From the NCBI GenBank assembly GCA_965231775.1, contig OZ246888.1, positions 2,074,947 to 2,138,946 on the forward strand: a stretch of 64,000 nt of DNA, written 5' to 3'. Made by a program: the position numbers and the translations under genes. The stretch comes from Candidatus Binatia bacterium (GTDB taxonomy: Bacteria > Desulfobacterota > Binatia > Bin18). A model generated the notes under the pieces. The model did no database searches, had not been told where the DNA came from, and was given only the letters and a program-made list of their open reading frames with translations. Each line of letters starts with the position of its first letter. Position 1 is the stretch's first letter. Positions 18,481 through 27,974 of the stretch are shown here, piece by piece.

Positions 18481-19521
18481 ATGGCGACACAGCAGACGAG
18501 AAAGACGTTTCGCCAGCCCGACGAGATTTTTGCGCTCCTGACCAAAGAGCCACTCTACCCGCTCTACCTCTTTCATGGTGAGGAGGCATACTTCATTCAT
18601 CGCGCCATCGCCTTGGTGCGGGCGCGTCTGGGTGAAAACCCGGCAGTGCATACGTTTTATGCGGGAGAAGATCCTCTTGAGCAGCTACTTGAGGCTTGGG
18701 GTAGTGCCTCACTTTTTGCCGAACGTCAATTAATCGTACTCAAGGGCGCGGGCCAACTGTCTGCCGCCGATCGGGAAGATCTGGCGGCCGAGGCCGAATT
18801 CCGGGATGACAGTCAGCCCCTAGTGGTCTGCGTGCAGGGTAGGGCTAATCTCAGCCAGAAATTTTTTTCTATGTGTGCAAAGCGGGGGTTTGTTGGCGAA
18901 TTCCGCCCGCCTTTTATCAACCAGATCCCCGGCTGGGCGCAGCGTTTTGCCCGGGAACGGGGGGTCCGTCTCAGCGCAGAGGCGGCCTCGTATGTGGCCG
19001 ACCATATTGGAACCGATCTGCTCGCCCTGTCCACCGAGATTGACAAGCTGGTTGCTTTTGTTTTCCCGGCAACCGAAATAGACCAGGCTGTGGTCAGGCA
19101 ATGTACGGGGGATCTCCATCAGCACTCGGCCTTTGATCTGGCCGAAGCCCTGGGGCGACGTAACAGCAAACGGGCGGTTCGCCTGGTCCAGGAAGTATTG
19201 AGTGATGAGAGGCGAGCGCTGCCCGCCTTGCACGCGCTGGTCAGTCATTTCCGGCGTCTGTGGCGGGTCAAGGATTTGTCCGATGCTAATGCTCCGAGCA
19301 GTCAGATTGAACGGGCGGTCGGGTTGCGCGGCCAGCGGCTGCGCGCTGCCGTGGAGCAGAGTCGTGTCTTTTCAAATGCAGACCTGCGCCGTATCTTGCG
19401 ACATGCCTCACAATTAGACCTGGCCCTCAAATCGAGTCCGACTTCCCCACGTCTCTTGTTCGATGCCTTTGTGTTGGACGTCTGTGGGAGAGGCGCTGTT
19501 GAAGGTGGGCCCAGACTGTGA
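18481..19521 (+). CDS. holA: DNA polymerase III delta subunit.
   Basis: LYLFHGEEAYFIH... matches the HolA family N-terminus. 346 aa. Confidence 0.8.
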   Translation: MATQQTRKTFRQPDEIFALLTKEPLYPLYLFHGEEAYFIHRAIALVRARLGENPAVHTFYAGEDPLEQLLEAWGSASLFAERQLIVLKGAGQLSAADREDLAAEAEFRDDSQPLVVCVQGRANLSQKFFSMCAKRGFVGEFRPPFINQIPGWAQRFARERGVRLSAEAASYVADHIGTDLLALSTEIDKLVAFVFPATEIDQAVVRQCTGDLHQHSAFDLAEALGRRNSKRAVRLVQEVLSDERRALPALHALVSHFRRLWRVKDLSDANAPSSQIERAVGLRGQRLRAAVEQSRVFSNADLRRILRHASQLDLALKSSPTSPRLLFDAFVLDVCGRGAVEGGPRL

Positions 19522-19865
19522 CAGACAAAACGGATCACTCACACAATTCCGGTCAACTCGGCTTTGCGTTTTTTTCTACTGCCAGTGAGGCTGCAACTCC
19601 GCGTCAAGGAAACGGGAGCCGCGCTCAGGCATCGCTTGCCCCCCTGCTGCACCATTTCCAGACCACATTCCTTGAGACTCCTTTGGACGAGGTGGACCGG
19701 GAACTCGTGCCCTTACTTGATCTGTGTGAATCGGTACTGACGCGGGCCCTTGACGTTGCTCGGAAAAGAGGGGCTCAGGGCTGGTCCGAGGCTGAATACC
19801 GCAGCCTGCGCGGGATCGGTCAAGCGCAATGGTTGCTGATTGAGGCCCAGGCCAAGAAACGCTAA
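19518..19865 (+). CDS. Hypothetical protein.
   Basis: 115-aa ORF whose start overlaps the holA stop. No family recognised. Confidence 0.45.
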   Translation: MTDKTDHSHNSGQLGFAFFSTASEAATPRQGNGSRAQASLAPLLHHFQTTFLETPLDEVDRELVPLLDLCESVLTRALDVARKRGAQGWSEAEYRSLRGIGQAQWLLIEAQAKKR

Positions 19866-20398
19866 GGCTCCACCTGGAATTCCCGCCATAGGAAAGCTGA
19901 GTTCTCACAGTCATAACCTTCAAGAAGGTAGTAGTCCCCAGTTTGGCTTTGTTCAAACGCTTGAGATTCCTCCTGAAGCAAGTTAAATATCGCTTCTACT
20001 TCCGCTCCATTGGACGCCTGAAAAATCATTAAGCGAACACATGAGCGAGCCACGAGCAATTTCTCGAAATCGTCCAGGATGTCACCTCGATCACCCCATT
20101 CCGATTCGACGACAAGGCAAATACGATTCAATTGCCGTTGCGGCTCCCCATTCCATACCATCCAAACCAGATCGAAAAGCCATTCTCCAAAGTCAGGGCC
20201 GTCTGCGCATCCTTCTGTTGCCCTTCTTCTGTCGAGCGACGTGGCCACACGATAATCGAGATTGTGGCCTGCATGACAGAGCCCAGTCTTGATAGCTCTC
20301 GTCCACTCTGTATCGGATGCCCCTTGACCTCTCAGACAATCATTAACCTCGGTCAACACTTGATGGACTCTCTGGCTTATCTCATCTCTGTTACACAT
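19862..20398 (-). CDS. Hypothetical protein (178 aa).
   Basis: Non-repetitive ORF. AAGGA lies about 10 nt upstream of the ATG at 20396-20398. It is preceded by a structured leader carrying an intrinsic terminator. Confidence 0.55.
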   Translation of the reverse strand: MCNRDEISQRVHQVLTEVNDCLRGQGASDTEWTRAIKTGLCHAGHNLDYRVATSLDRRRATEGCADGPDFGEWLFDLVWMVWNGEPQRQLNRICLVVESEWGDRGDILDDFEKLLVARSCVRLMIFQASNGAEVEAIFNLLQEESQAFEQSQTGDYYLLEGYDCENSAFLWREFQVEP

Positions 20399-20421
20399 TT
20401 TTTACGATCCTTTTTATTACT

Positions 20422-20456
20422 GAATCCCAGAAAAAACCCCGACAGTGCTACGTCCG
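20422..20456 (-). terminator. Rho-independent terminator-like hairpin plus U-tract on the minus strand, about 25 nt upstream of the minus-strand gene start at 20398.
   Basis: Minus strand reads CCCCGCGGACGTAGCACTGTCGGGG followed by TTTTTT. Its position fits an attenuator or riboswitch expression platform, or the 3' end of an ncRNA. Confidence 0.5.
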
Positions 20457-20830
20457 CGGGGACGTCCCGTGGGTGATGAACACGGGCTGCCGGGGTTACG
20501 GTGGTGCCTGGTCCTCCCAAGCGACCACCCGATTTGGGATAGGTCGGCCTAAGAGGCCACCACCTCACTGATCACCGTCGTTGATAACTGCACTAGACCA
20601 CCTCCTTTCTCGGCGCACCCAGCGCGGGCCCAGAATCCGCTCTGCCAGGAACCGATCGCCGCTACCGGCCCGAGGCTCGGTCCGCTCTGTCCTACCGCAT
20701 TATAGGGACAGACACGAAACGGGCTGTGTCAGCCCGACCGAAAAACTGTTTTCAATCTACGCCCAAATGTCCCAAAGGTCCAGAGTCCACAGGGGTCTGT
20801 CCGGTCTGTCACTGCCCTTTTTCCGTTCTG
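20457..20830 (-). other. ORF-poor, highly structured region. It is a candidate 5' leader, riboswitch or ncRNA of unknown class.
   Basis: About 400 bp with no convincing protein ORF on either strand and multiple local hairpins. The minus strand carries a 14-codon mini-ORF with a strong SD (AAAGGAGGTG-5nt-GTG). The region ends in the terminator at 20422-20456. Confidence 0.25.
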
Positions 20831-20876
20831 ACGGCTCTTGCGGATATGCGCCGCGCTCTATACAGTCCTGTGGGAT

Positions 20877-21779
20877 ATGCCCAACTTTCACGCCTTAGCC
20901 GTTTTTGAAGCCTGTGGCTCTTCGACAGAAGAGATCCAAGAATCCGTTTCATCCCTCTTTGCGTCCTTCTCGCATCAACGTGTCCGTTACCATGAGCACG
21001 AACTGAGTGCCGGCCCCAGCGCTGAGTCAGCAGGGAAAAGCTTCTACTGCATGGTGTTTGTCGACTGCGATGTCGATGCATACACCGAAGAAAAGGCGCT
21101 GGACTTTGCGAATGATGCCTTTGAGTATATTTCGAAGGAGGCCTGCCAATATCTGGCCTTCGGACTCGTTCCCGGTCGTCAACGTGTGCAGCGCCGCCGG
21201 GAAGAATCGAGGGAGGCCGACGCAAACGAACGGGGCGGACGGCGGCGTGGAACGCCGGGCCGGGGTCGGAGGAGACGAGACGATCAGGAACGCGACAGAG
21301 GGGCGCGACAGGAAACGGATCAGACCCAGGTATCCCAAGGAGAAGTCCCGTCAACACCTGCTGCTGAGCCAGGCGAAACGCCTCCCGCCCCAGAGCGAGA
21401 GATACCGGCGGTAGAGCGAGAGATACCGGCGGTGGCAGTTGAGCCGGAAGAGGTTGAAGCGCCAACCGAGCTTGAGGTGGACGCTGAGGCCGGCGAGCCA
21501 CCCGCACCGCCGCCCCGCAGCTCTGCGGCAATGCTGGTGACCGTCACCGTCAAGCTCCGGGCTTCCGAGCTCAAAGACTCGCTGAATGGTGAGGCGCCGT
21601 CAGCGCAGCAAGACCTGATTCAGATGGCGATTGCCGAGGCGCGCAACCGACACCCGGAAGTACCCGCGGATGTTGCGCCCGAGTCAGAATCCACCCCGCT
21701 GCCCGGGGGCGACACGCTGCTGTCGCTGACCTGGAAATACCCGGCCCCGGTTCCTTCCTCGAAAGAATCTGCGTCGTAA
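20877..21779 (+). CDS. Hypothetical protein with an RG/E-rich disordered centre and a duplicated PEREIPAV segment.
   Basis: The track ORF starts at 20838; the Met at 20877 gives MPNFHALAVFEACGSS. The central region is low complexity. Confidence 0.5.
   Translation: MPNFHALAVFEACGSSTEEIQESVSSLFASFSHQRVRYHEHELSAGPSAESAGKSFYCMVFVDCDVDAYTEEKALDFANDAFEYISKEACQYLAFGLVPGRQRVQRRREESREADANERGGRRRGTPGRGRRRRDDQERDRGARQETDQTQVSQGEVPSTPAAEPGETPPAPEREIPAVEREIPAVAVEPEEVEAPTELEVDAEAGEPPAPPPRSSAAMLVTVTVKLRASELKDSLNGEAPSAQQDLIQMAIAEARNRHPEVPADVAPESESTPLPGGDTLLSLTWKYPAPVPSSKESAS
21392..21433 (+). repeat. Perfect tandem duplication of 2 x 21 nt (agagcgagagataccggcggt).
   Basis: Copies at 21392-21412 and 21413-21433. 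They encode EREIPAV-EREIPAV. Confidence 0.85.
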
Positions 21780-21918
21780 AGTATCCGGCCGTTTCTCACG
21801 CCTGTCAGACCTCTCGAACAGCACCGCTCCTCCTCTGAGTGCCTGAAAAAGACTCGCTTTTTCAGAGGACCCGTGTTACACAGCCGTCGTACCGGCACGG
21901 ATGAATCGGAGGTGCAGT

Positions 21919-23145
21919 ATGCAACAGACCACTGACCAGCAGTATATGCTTTCCGGCCTGACCGTCCTGGATTTTACCCAATACCTGGCCGGACCGACCG
22001 TGACCCGTCTCATGGCAGAGATGGGTGCCAATATCATTAAGGTCGAACAGGCGCCCATGGGTGATCCTTCGCGTTTGCTGCCGTTTATTCAGGATGAGCG
22101 TAGCGCGTACTTTGTCCAGCAGAATCGCGGTAAAAAAAGCCTCTGCCTCGATTTTGACAAGCCCGAATCCCTTGAAATTCTGCGTGCCTTGATTCCGACC
22201 GTGGATGTTGTGGTTGAGAATTTCGGGCCGGGTGTGATGGAAAAACGGAATCTTGACTATCCGTGGCTCAAGACCATCAATCCCCAGATTATTATGGTCT
22301 CGATTTCCGCCTTTGGACGAAAAGGTCCGCTGTCTCACAAGGTGGGCTACGATTTTATTGCGCAAGCCTTCTCCGGCATCATGCATATGACCGGCAGTCC
22401 GGACGGGCCGCCGCAGTTTGTCGGGCTCGGTATTGCCGATGTCAGCAGTGGCGTCCACGCCTTTGCGGCCCTGGGCTATGCCTTATACCACCGGGAACGG
22501 ACCTGCGTCGGCCAGTATATCGACCTGTCCATGATAGACGCCATGTTCCATATGCACGAGGTTAATGTGCAGGGCCATACCCTGAGCAAGGGCGAGTTCG
22601 TGCCGCTCCGAATGGGGTCTCACCATCCCCTGGTGTGCCCGTGTGGGGTGTTCAAAGGGCCCCAGGGCTGGATAGTGGTCCTCGTCCTGGACCGCCAGTG
22701 GGCCAATATGTGCAAGGCCATGGGCCGACCGGAACTGATTGAAGACGCCCGCTTTGCAACCAATGCCGTGCGCGGGGAGAATCAGGCCGAACTCATTCCG
22801 ATTATCGAGGAGTGGATGCAGGCGCAGCCGAGCGATGAAGCCATCCTCCAAGTCTTTGAGGAACATCGGGTTCCTTCCGCGCCCGTCATGTCCATCACCG
22901 ATATTCTGGCCCACCCGTATTTCAAGGCGCGCGAGATGGTCCGCACGGTGCCCGACCCCATCCTCGGAGAAGTCACCATCCCAGGTTTCCCGCTGAAGTA
23001 CTCCGAGTTTCCTCAGCTCCCGGACATTCAAGCTCCGCTTTTAGGCCAGCACAGTGCCGAGGTGCTGCGAGTGCAACTCGACTATAGCGACGCAACCATA
23101 GCTGCACTCCAGGAGAAAGGGGTGCTGTACGCGGAGGACCGGTAG
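21919..23145 (+). CDS. CoA transferase family III (CaiB/BaiF-like).
   Basis: LSGLTVLDFTQYLAGPTVTRLMAEMGANIIKVE is the typical family III N-terminus. GGAGGTG lies 5 nt upstream of the ATG at 21919. Confidence 0.85.
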   Translation: MQQTTDQQYMLSGLTVLDFTQYLAGPTVTRLMAEMGANIIKVEQAPMGDPSRLLPFIQDERSAYFVQQNRGKKSLCLDFDKPESLEILRALIPTVDVVVENFGPGVMEKRNLDYPWLKTINPQIIMVSISAFGRKGPLSHKVGYDFIAQAFSGIMHMTGSPDGPPQFVGLGIADVSSGVHAFAALGYALYHRERTCVGQYIDLSMIDAMFHMHEVNVQGHTLSKGEFVPLRMGSHHPLVCPCGVFKGPQGWIVVLVLDRQWANMCKAMGRPELIEDARFATNAVRGENQAELIPIIEEWMQAQPSDEAILQVFEEHRVPSAPVMSITDILAHPYFKAREMVRTVPDPILGEVTIPGFPLKYSEFPQLPDIQAPLLGQHSAEVLRVQLDYSDATIAALQEKGVLYAEDR

Positions 23146-23207
23146 CATGTCCCGGCCGGATAGAGCAGTCTCCGGTTGTCAGTCAAGACACAAGACAGGG
23201 AGAAGGT

Positions 23208-24116
23208 ATGACAGCGATGATTCCCGTTGAACAGGTGGAAATCTTTGGCTCCGGTGTGCTCAGAGCCGAGGGTGTGGTTATTGATAAAGAGGGCAATGCC
23301 TGGGGCGGCGGGCGGAATGGTATTGTCTATAAAGTCAGTCCGGACGGTGTCGTCCACGAGGTCGCCCAGTTGCCGGACCGGGCCATCCCCAACGGCGTCA
23401 CGCTGGACCGCGAGGGCAACTTCGTCTACTGCGATCTCAGACATAAAGCGGTCATGCGGCTTGCGCCCGACGGGAAAGTCTCTCTTGTCGCCGACCACGC
23501 CGGAGACTTCCCGATTTCGATTCCGAACTTCGCCAGCTATGATGCCGAGGGCAATCTCTACGTCTCGAACTCCAGCTCCCGGCCGGGCCGCGAGGTGTTT
23601 CAGGAATTTGAGAATCCCCAGCCCAACGGAGCGGTTGTGCGCATCCGTCCCGACGGCCGGGGCGAGGTCGTCGCCAGCGGAATTTATTTTGCCAATGGGA
23701 CGGCTATCGATCCCAACGAAGACGCGGTCTACGTCCTGGAGAGTTCGCGTAACGACTGCGTCCGTATTCAGATCAACAAAGACGGCACATTCGGTCCGCC
23801 CGAAATCTATGCTAAGGACTTTCCGGCCCTGCCGGACGGAATGGCTTTTGATGTGGACCGCAACCTGTATATCACCCTGCCCGGCGTACCCGAGAACGGT
23901 AAGTTGGAGCCCCGAAACAGGGTCATCAAGGTCGATCCGAACGGCAATTGGGAGACCTTTGTCCACGACCCGGACGGCACCACGCTGGCCTTCCCAACCA
24001 ACTGCGCGTTTGGCGGCCCCGATATGCAGGACCTCTTTATCGCCAATCTGGAAGGGGATCATATGAATAAGGTCCGCACCTCGGTCCCGGGACACCCCTT
24101 GTATCATCAGCGCTAA
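23208..24116 (+). CDS. SMP-30/gluconolactonase/LRE-family beta-propeller protein.
   Basis: 302 aa with repeated GN..V.D/A..G..Y motifs typical of this propeller family. Confidence 0.8.
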   Translation: MTAMIPVEQVEIFGSGVLRAEGVVIDKEGNAWGGGRNGIVYKVSPDGVVHEVAQLPDRAIPNGVTLDREGNFVYCDLRHKAVMRLAPDGKVSLVADHAGDFPISIPNFASYDAEGNLYVSNSSSRPGREVFQEFENPQPNGAVVRIRPDGRGEVVASGIYFANGTAIDPNEDAVYVLESSRNDCVRIQINKDGTFGPPEIYAKDFPALPDGMAFDVDRNLYITLPGVPENGKLEPRNRVIKVDPNGNWETFVHDPDGTTLAFPTNCAFGGPDMQDLFIANLEGDHMNKVRTSVPGHPLYHQR

Positions 24117-24136
24117 CCATACGGAGCCTTCTTGTC

Positions 24137-25306
24137 ATGCAAAAGAGCGACCAACGGATTCTCACCACCCACGTCGGCAGCCTGCCGCGCAATCCTGAGC
24201 TGACCGATCTGCTGATTGACCAAGAGCAGGGCCAGGCCATAGATGCCGCGGCCCTGGAGCGCCAATTCGAAATAGCCGTCCAACATGTGATTGACGAGCA
24301 GCTCAAAGCCGGGGTGGATATCATCAATGACGGCGAACAGCCGCGCATCGGTTTTCAGACCTATGTGCCGCAGCGCATGCGCGGCTTTGGCGGGGAGAGC
24401 CAGCGACCCACGCCGCAAGACATGGCCGAATTCCCGGACTTCATGGCTATGATGCAGCGGCGCAATATGATGCGGGCCAAGGTCTTCAACGCCCCGCAGG
24501 CCATTGCCGAGGTCGCCTACGATGACCTGTCCGGCGTGCAACACGAGTGTGGGTTGTTTCTGCGCTGTACGGAGCAGACGCCCGGCGCGTTCACCGAACG
24601 CTTCATGACCGCGGCTTCGCCCGGCATCATTGCCACCACCATGCTGAACGCCCATTACGATTCGCACGAGGCGTATGTGCTGGCGGTGGCCGAGCAGATG
24701 AAGAAAGAGTACGAATACATTCATGCCCAGGGCCTGCTGCTGCAACTCGACGCCCCCGACTTGGCTATGGAGCGGACCTTCCTCTTTCAGGAGCAGACCC
24801 TCGCCGAGTTTCAAAGGACCATCGAGGTCCATATCGAGGCCGTCAACCGCGCCACCGAGAATATCCCGGCCGAGCGTATCCGGTTGCATATCTGCTGGGG
24901 GAATTATGACGGTCCCCACAACCACGATGTGCCGCTGGCCGATATTCTGCCCGTTCTCTACCAGGCCCAGGTTGGAGCCCTGTCCATTGAGCTGGCGAAT
25001 CCCCGCCACCAACACGAATATAAAGCCTTCCGGCAGCATCCCTTACCCGACTCGATGCTGCTCATCCCCGGTGTGATCGATTCCACAAGCAACTATATCG
25101 AACACCCGGAAATCGTTGCCGACCGCCTGTGTCAGGTGGTCGACGCGGTCGGCGACCGGAGTCGGATCATTGCCGGTTCGGACTGCGGCTTTGGCACGTT
25201 TGCCGGCTGGGAGATGGTGTCTGAGAGCGTGGTGTGGGCCAAGCTGCGGGCGTGTGCCGAAGGTGCGCGTATGGCGTCGCAGCGCTTGTGGGGAGGGGCA
25301 GGGTGA
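24137..25306 (+). CDS. Cobalamin-independent methionine synthase II (MetE C-terminal domain-like) family protein.
   Basis: ILTTHVGSLPRNPEL is the family signature N-terminus. 389 aa. Confidence 0.8.
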   Translation: MQKSDQRILTTHVGSLPRNPELTDLLIDQEQGQAIDAAALERQFEIAVQHVIDEQLKAGVDIINDGEQPRIGFQTYVPQRMRGFGGESQRPTPQDMAEFPDFMAMMQRRNMMRAKVFNAPQAIAEVAYDDLSGVQHECGLFLRCTEQTPGAFTERFMTAASPGIIATTMLNAHYDSHEAYVLAVAEQMKKEYEYIHAQGLLLQLDAPDLAMERTFLFQEQTLAEFQRTIEVHIEAVNRATENIPAERIRLHICWGNYDGPHNHDVPLADILPVLYQAQVGALSIELANPRHQHEYKAFRQHPLPDSMLLIPGVIDSTSNYIEHPEIVADRLCQVVDAVGDRSRIIAGSDCGFGTFAGWEMVSESVVWAKLRACAEGARMASQRLWGGAG

Positions 25307-25357
25307 GCGATCCGTGCTGAACGCGCGGGAACTCACCCCAGGCGGTCCGGTGTCGTG

Positions 25358-25890
25358 TCAGGCTCCGGTTATATTTGCCGTCCAGCCTTTGTCTCTATCG
25401 ACCGTTGTGGCTGAGATATTCTTTGAGGCGTAAAAGCCGACCAGCCCCAGGGCATCTTTTATCTGCAGCCGCCCGATCGGTCCCGAGGTATAGGTCACAT
25501 TCAGGATAGTGCGTGCGGGATCGATGATAAACGCCGCCGGTTGGATGATATTGCGTTTCTCCTCGTACCAGCAGGTCAGGGTCGCGGCCGTGGCCGGGCC
25601 GTCCGCGCCGTAAATGACGGGAAACGTCAGCCCCGACTTATCGACCGTCTGCTGGGCTTTGTCGAGCGGGTCGGTTGAGATGGCGTATACCGAAATCCCG
25701 GTCGCCTGGGCCTGCTCAAGATTGGCCTGATAATCAGCCAACTGCTGATCGCAGAATGGTCACCAGTGAGCCCGGTAGGTCAGGACGATAGCGTACGGGG
25801 TCGAGATGTCGGCCGGCAGATTGACCGTCCCTCCTCCGACGCTCGGACCGCTGAGGGCGGGAAAAGGATCTCCGGGGTGGAGGCGTTCCA
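25358..25890 (-). CDS. Thioredoxin-fold (redoxin/peroxiredoxin-like) selenoprotein with an in-frame TGA at 25760-25762 and a W-U-P-F-C motif.
   Basis: Track ORFs 25760..25948 and 25358..25741 on the minus strand are joined in frame by a TGA. Read-through gives MERLHPGDPFPALSGPSVGGGTVNLPADISTPYAIVLTYRAHW-U-PFCDQQLADYQ...GISVYAISTDPLDKAQQ...FIIDPARTI. The WUPFC motif parallels the thioredoxin/TlpA WCxxC motif. AAAGGAG precedes the ATG near 25890. Confidence 0.7.
25733..25749 (-). promoter_or_regulatory. Candidate SECIS hairpin (minus strand atcagc-AGTTG-gctgat).
   Basis: 6-bp perfect stem with a GU-containing loop, starting 11 nt 3' of the UGA on the minus strand. Confidence 0.45.
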
Positions 25891-26127
25891 TAGCTGTACT
25901 CCTTTCTGGGATACGCGCCGTCAGGGCGGATAAGGCGCGGTGGGCCACCTATAGCCATGACCCGGCGGCACGTCAAGGCAAGAGCGCGCCGCGCCGGTCT
26001 TCTGTAACCGACCGGTTCTGTGCTGCCGGCTGAATGACCCGGCCATACGGGCGGCCGTCCCGTTTCCGCCCGACCCGGAGAAGGGTAGGGCTTCAGCCGC
26101 TCGGACAGCCTGTGGTATATTGCAGGC

Positions 26128-26715
26128 ATGGCCAAATCTCCTCGACCCTCTGCATCTCAGCAGGCCGCCAAGAAAACCCTGGCCCAGACCCTGCTGGGTG
26201 CCATTGGTGCCGGGCTGCGAAAAATACCGACCACCTTTGTCCTGGTGCTGATCGGACTTTTCATTTATTTTCGTTCGCCAGACGAGGCGCAGCCACCAGA
26301 GCAACCACCCGAAGACGCGATAAACCAGGAAGAGCCGCAGCCACCGGCTGACCTGCCTGCCAATATCAGCCCGGCCTTTTGGACCTGTGTCTACCGCACC
26401 GACACGCAGCTCTCCGAAAGCCGCTGGGCGGATGTGTACCACGGCATGGAAGCCAGCGACGCCGGGCGCTCGGTATCCGTTTCCATCTCTCCAGAATGGA
26501 CTAATCTGACACCCGACCAACGCTCCACCGTGGTCGAACTGGTGGCGACGACTTGGCAAAAGAACAGCCAGGACTTGGCGCTGTTTGAGCCGGGAGCCGG
26601 GCTGGAAACCGTGACGCTCAAAAGCGCGGGCGACGACACGATTGTGGCAGTCTGGACGCCTGACGATGGGGTCCAACTCGTCGAAGGGGAATCCGAATCG
26701 CCAAGCCACGGATAG
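26128..26715 (+). CDS. Hypothetical membrane-anchored protein.
   Basis: One predicted TM helix (IPTTFVLVLIGLFIYF) and sensible composition. The overlapping minus-strand ORF 25921..26709 is R/W-rich, typical of antisense reads. Confidence 0.5.
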   Translation: MAKSPRPSASQQAAKKTLAQTLLGAIGAGLRKIPTTFVLVLIGLFIYFRSPDEAQPPEQPPEDAINQEEPQPPADLPANISPAFWTCVYRTDTQLSESRWADVYHGMEASDAGRSVSVSISPEWTNLTPDQRSTVVELVATTWQKNSQDLALFEPGAGLETVTLKSAGDDTIVAVWTPDDGVQLVEGESESPSHG

Positions 26716-26760
26716 CCCAACCTCACGGGGAATAACGGAGATACGAGGCGAAAGGAAGGC

Positions 26761-27807
26761 ATGAAGTCAGCCGCGTTTTTTACCATAGACTGGCGGGACG
26801 GTGCGGTGGTGATGATAGACCAACGCGCCTTGCCCACCCGGGAAGTCTACCGCAGCTACACGGATTACCGCAGCGTTGCGCGCGCCATTACTGACATGGT
26901 GATTCGCGGCGCCCCCGCGATTGGGGTTGCCGCTGCCATGGGGATAGCGCTTGGCGTGCGACAGCTCAAGCGGAGTGCTGAGCCCGACGTGTTTACGCGC
27001 ATCTGCCAGGTCTTTGCCGCCACCCGACCGACCGCGGTCAACCTCTTTTGGGCCATTGACCGCATGCGACGCCGGTATGAGAAAGTGCGGGCCAAAGGCC
27101 GTGATGCCCTCATTGAAGCCCTGGAGCAGGAGGCCCTGAAAATCTATCGAGAAGACATAGCCGCCAATCGGCGCATAGGCCGCTATGGCGCAAAACTGAT
27201 TCCTCAGGGGGCGACCGTTTTGACGCACTGTAATGCCGGGGCGCTGGCAACGGCCGGGTATGGGACCGCCCTGGGCGTGATCCGGGCCGCCTGGGAGCAG
27301 GGCAAGAATATCTCCGTCTTCGTGCCGGAAACCCGGCCGTATTTACAGGGCGCACGTTTAACCGCCTGGGAACTCGTCCGCGAGGGGATTCCCGCCACCC
27401 TGATTACCGACAATATGATCGGTCATTTCATGCAAAAGGGCGCGATTGATTGCGTCGTGGTGGGCACCGACCGCACCGCGGCCAATGGGGATGTGGCCAA
27501 TAAGATCGGCACGTATACCTCTGCCGTGCTGGCCGGACGACACAAGCTGCCGTTCTATGTGGCCGCCCCAACCACCTCGATTGACCTGGACTGTCCCTCC
27601 GGCAAGAAGATTCCGATTGAAGAGCGGTCCGCCCAGGAAGTCACCCATGTGCTGCGCCAACAGATTGCCCCCAGCGAGATCGCGGTTGCTCATCCGGCCT
27701 TTGATGTCACCCCCCATCGCCTGGTCAGCGCCATCATCACCGAAAAGGGGGTCGCCCGCAGTCCCTATTCGCAGTCGTTGCCGAAGTTTGTCAAAAGAAA
27801 ACGGTGA
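26761..27807 (+). CDS. mtnA: S-methyl-5-thioribose-1-phosphate isomerase (eIF-2B-like family).
   Basis: 348 aa with family-typical segments [19 protein letters not shown] and [16 protein letters not shown]. Confidence 0.85.
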   Translation: MKSAAFFTIDWRDGAVVMIDQRALPTREVYRSYTDYRSVARAITDMVIRGAPAIGVAAAMGIALGVRQLKRSAEPDVFTRICQVFAATRPTAVNLFWAIDRMRRRYEKVRAKGRDALIEALEQEALKIYREDIAANRRIGRYGAKLIPQGATVLTHCNAGALATAGYGTALGVIRAAWEQGKNISVFVPETRPYLQGARLTAWELVREGIPATLITDNMIGHFMQKGAIDCVVVGTDRTAANGDVANKIGTYTSAVLAGRHKLPFYVAAPTTSIDLDCPSGKKIPIEERSAQEVTHVLRQQIAPSEIAVAHPAFDVTPHRLVSAIITEKGVARSPYSQSLPKFVKRKR

Positions 27808-27974
27808 GCTGGAGAAAATTACGATTCTGTGTAGCCGTCTGTCATTCCTGCGGAAGCAGGAATCCAGGCCCCCCGCCGCCCGCTGGATGCCCGATCACGT
27901 CCGGCATGACGGAAACCCCCTGAACGGCTACAGTCTATCGTGAAACGCTCTAGCTGTGAGTCGGCTAAACGCCC

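Noticed and set aside
20809-21531. A 240-aa minus-strand ORF spans the structured region and the RG-rich gene.
   Set aside because: Pro/Arg-rich antisense translation of the plus-strand low-complexity gene. No RBS.
23227-24066. A 279-aa alternative-frame ORF lies within the SMP-30 gene.
   Set aside because: Same strand but different frame. Ser/Arg/Pro-rich nonsense. The frame-1 translation has the clear propeller repeats.
25921-26709. A 262-aa minus-strand ORF lies opposite gene 26128..26715.
   Set aside because: The W/R/G-rich composition is typical of antisense translation. The plus-strand ORF has a clean TM helix and balanced composition.
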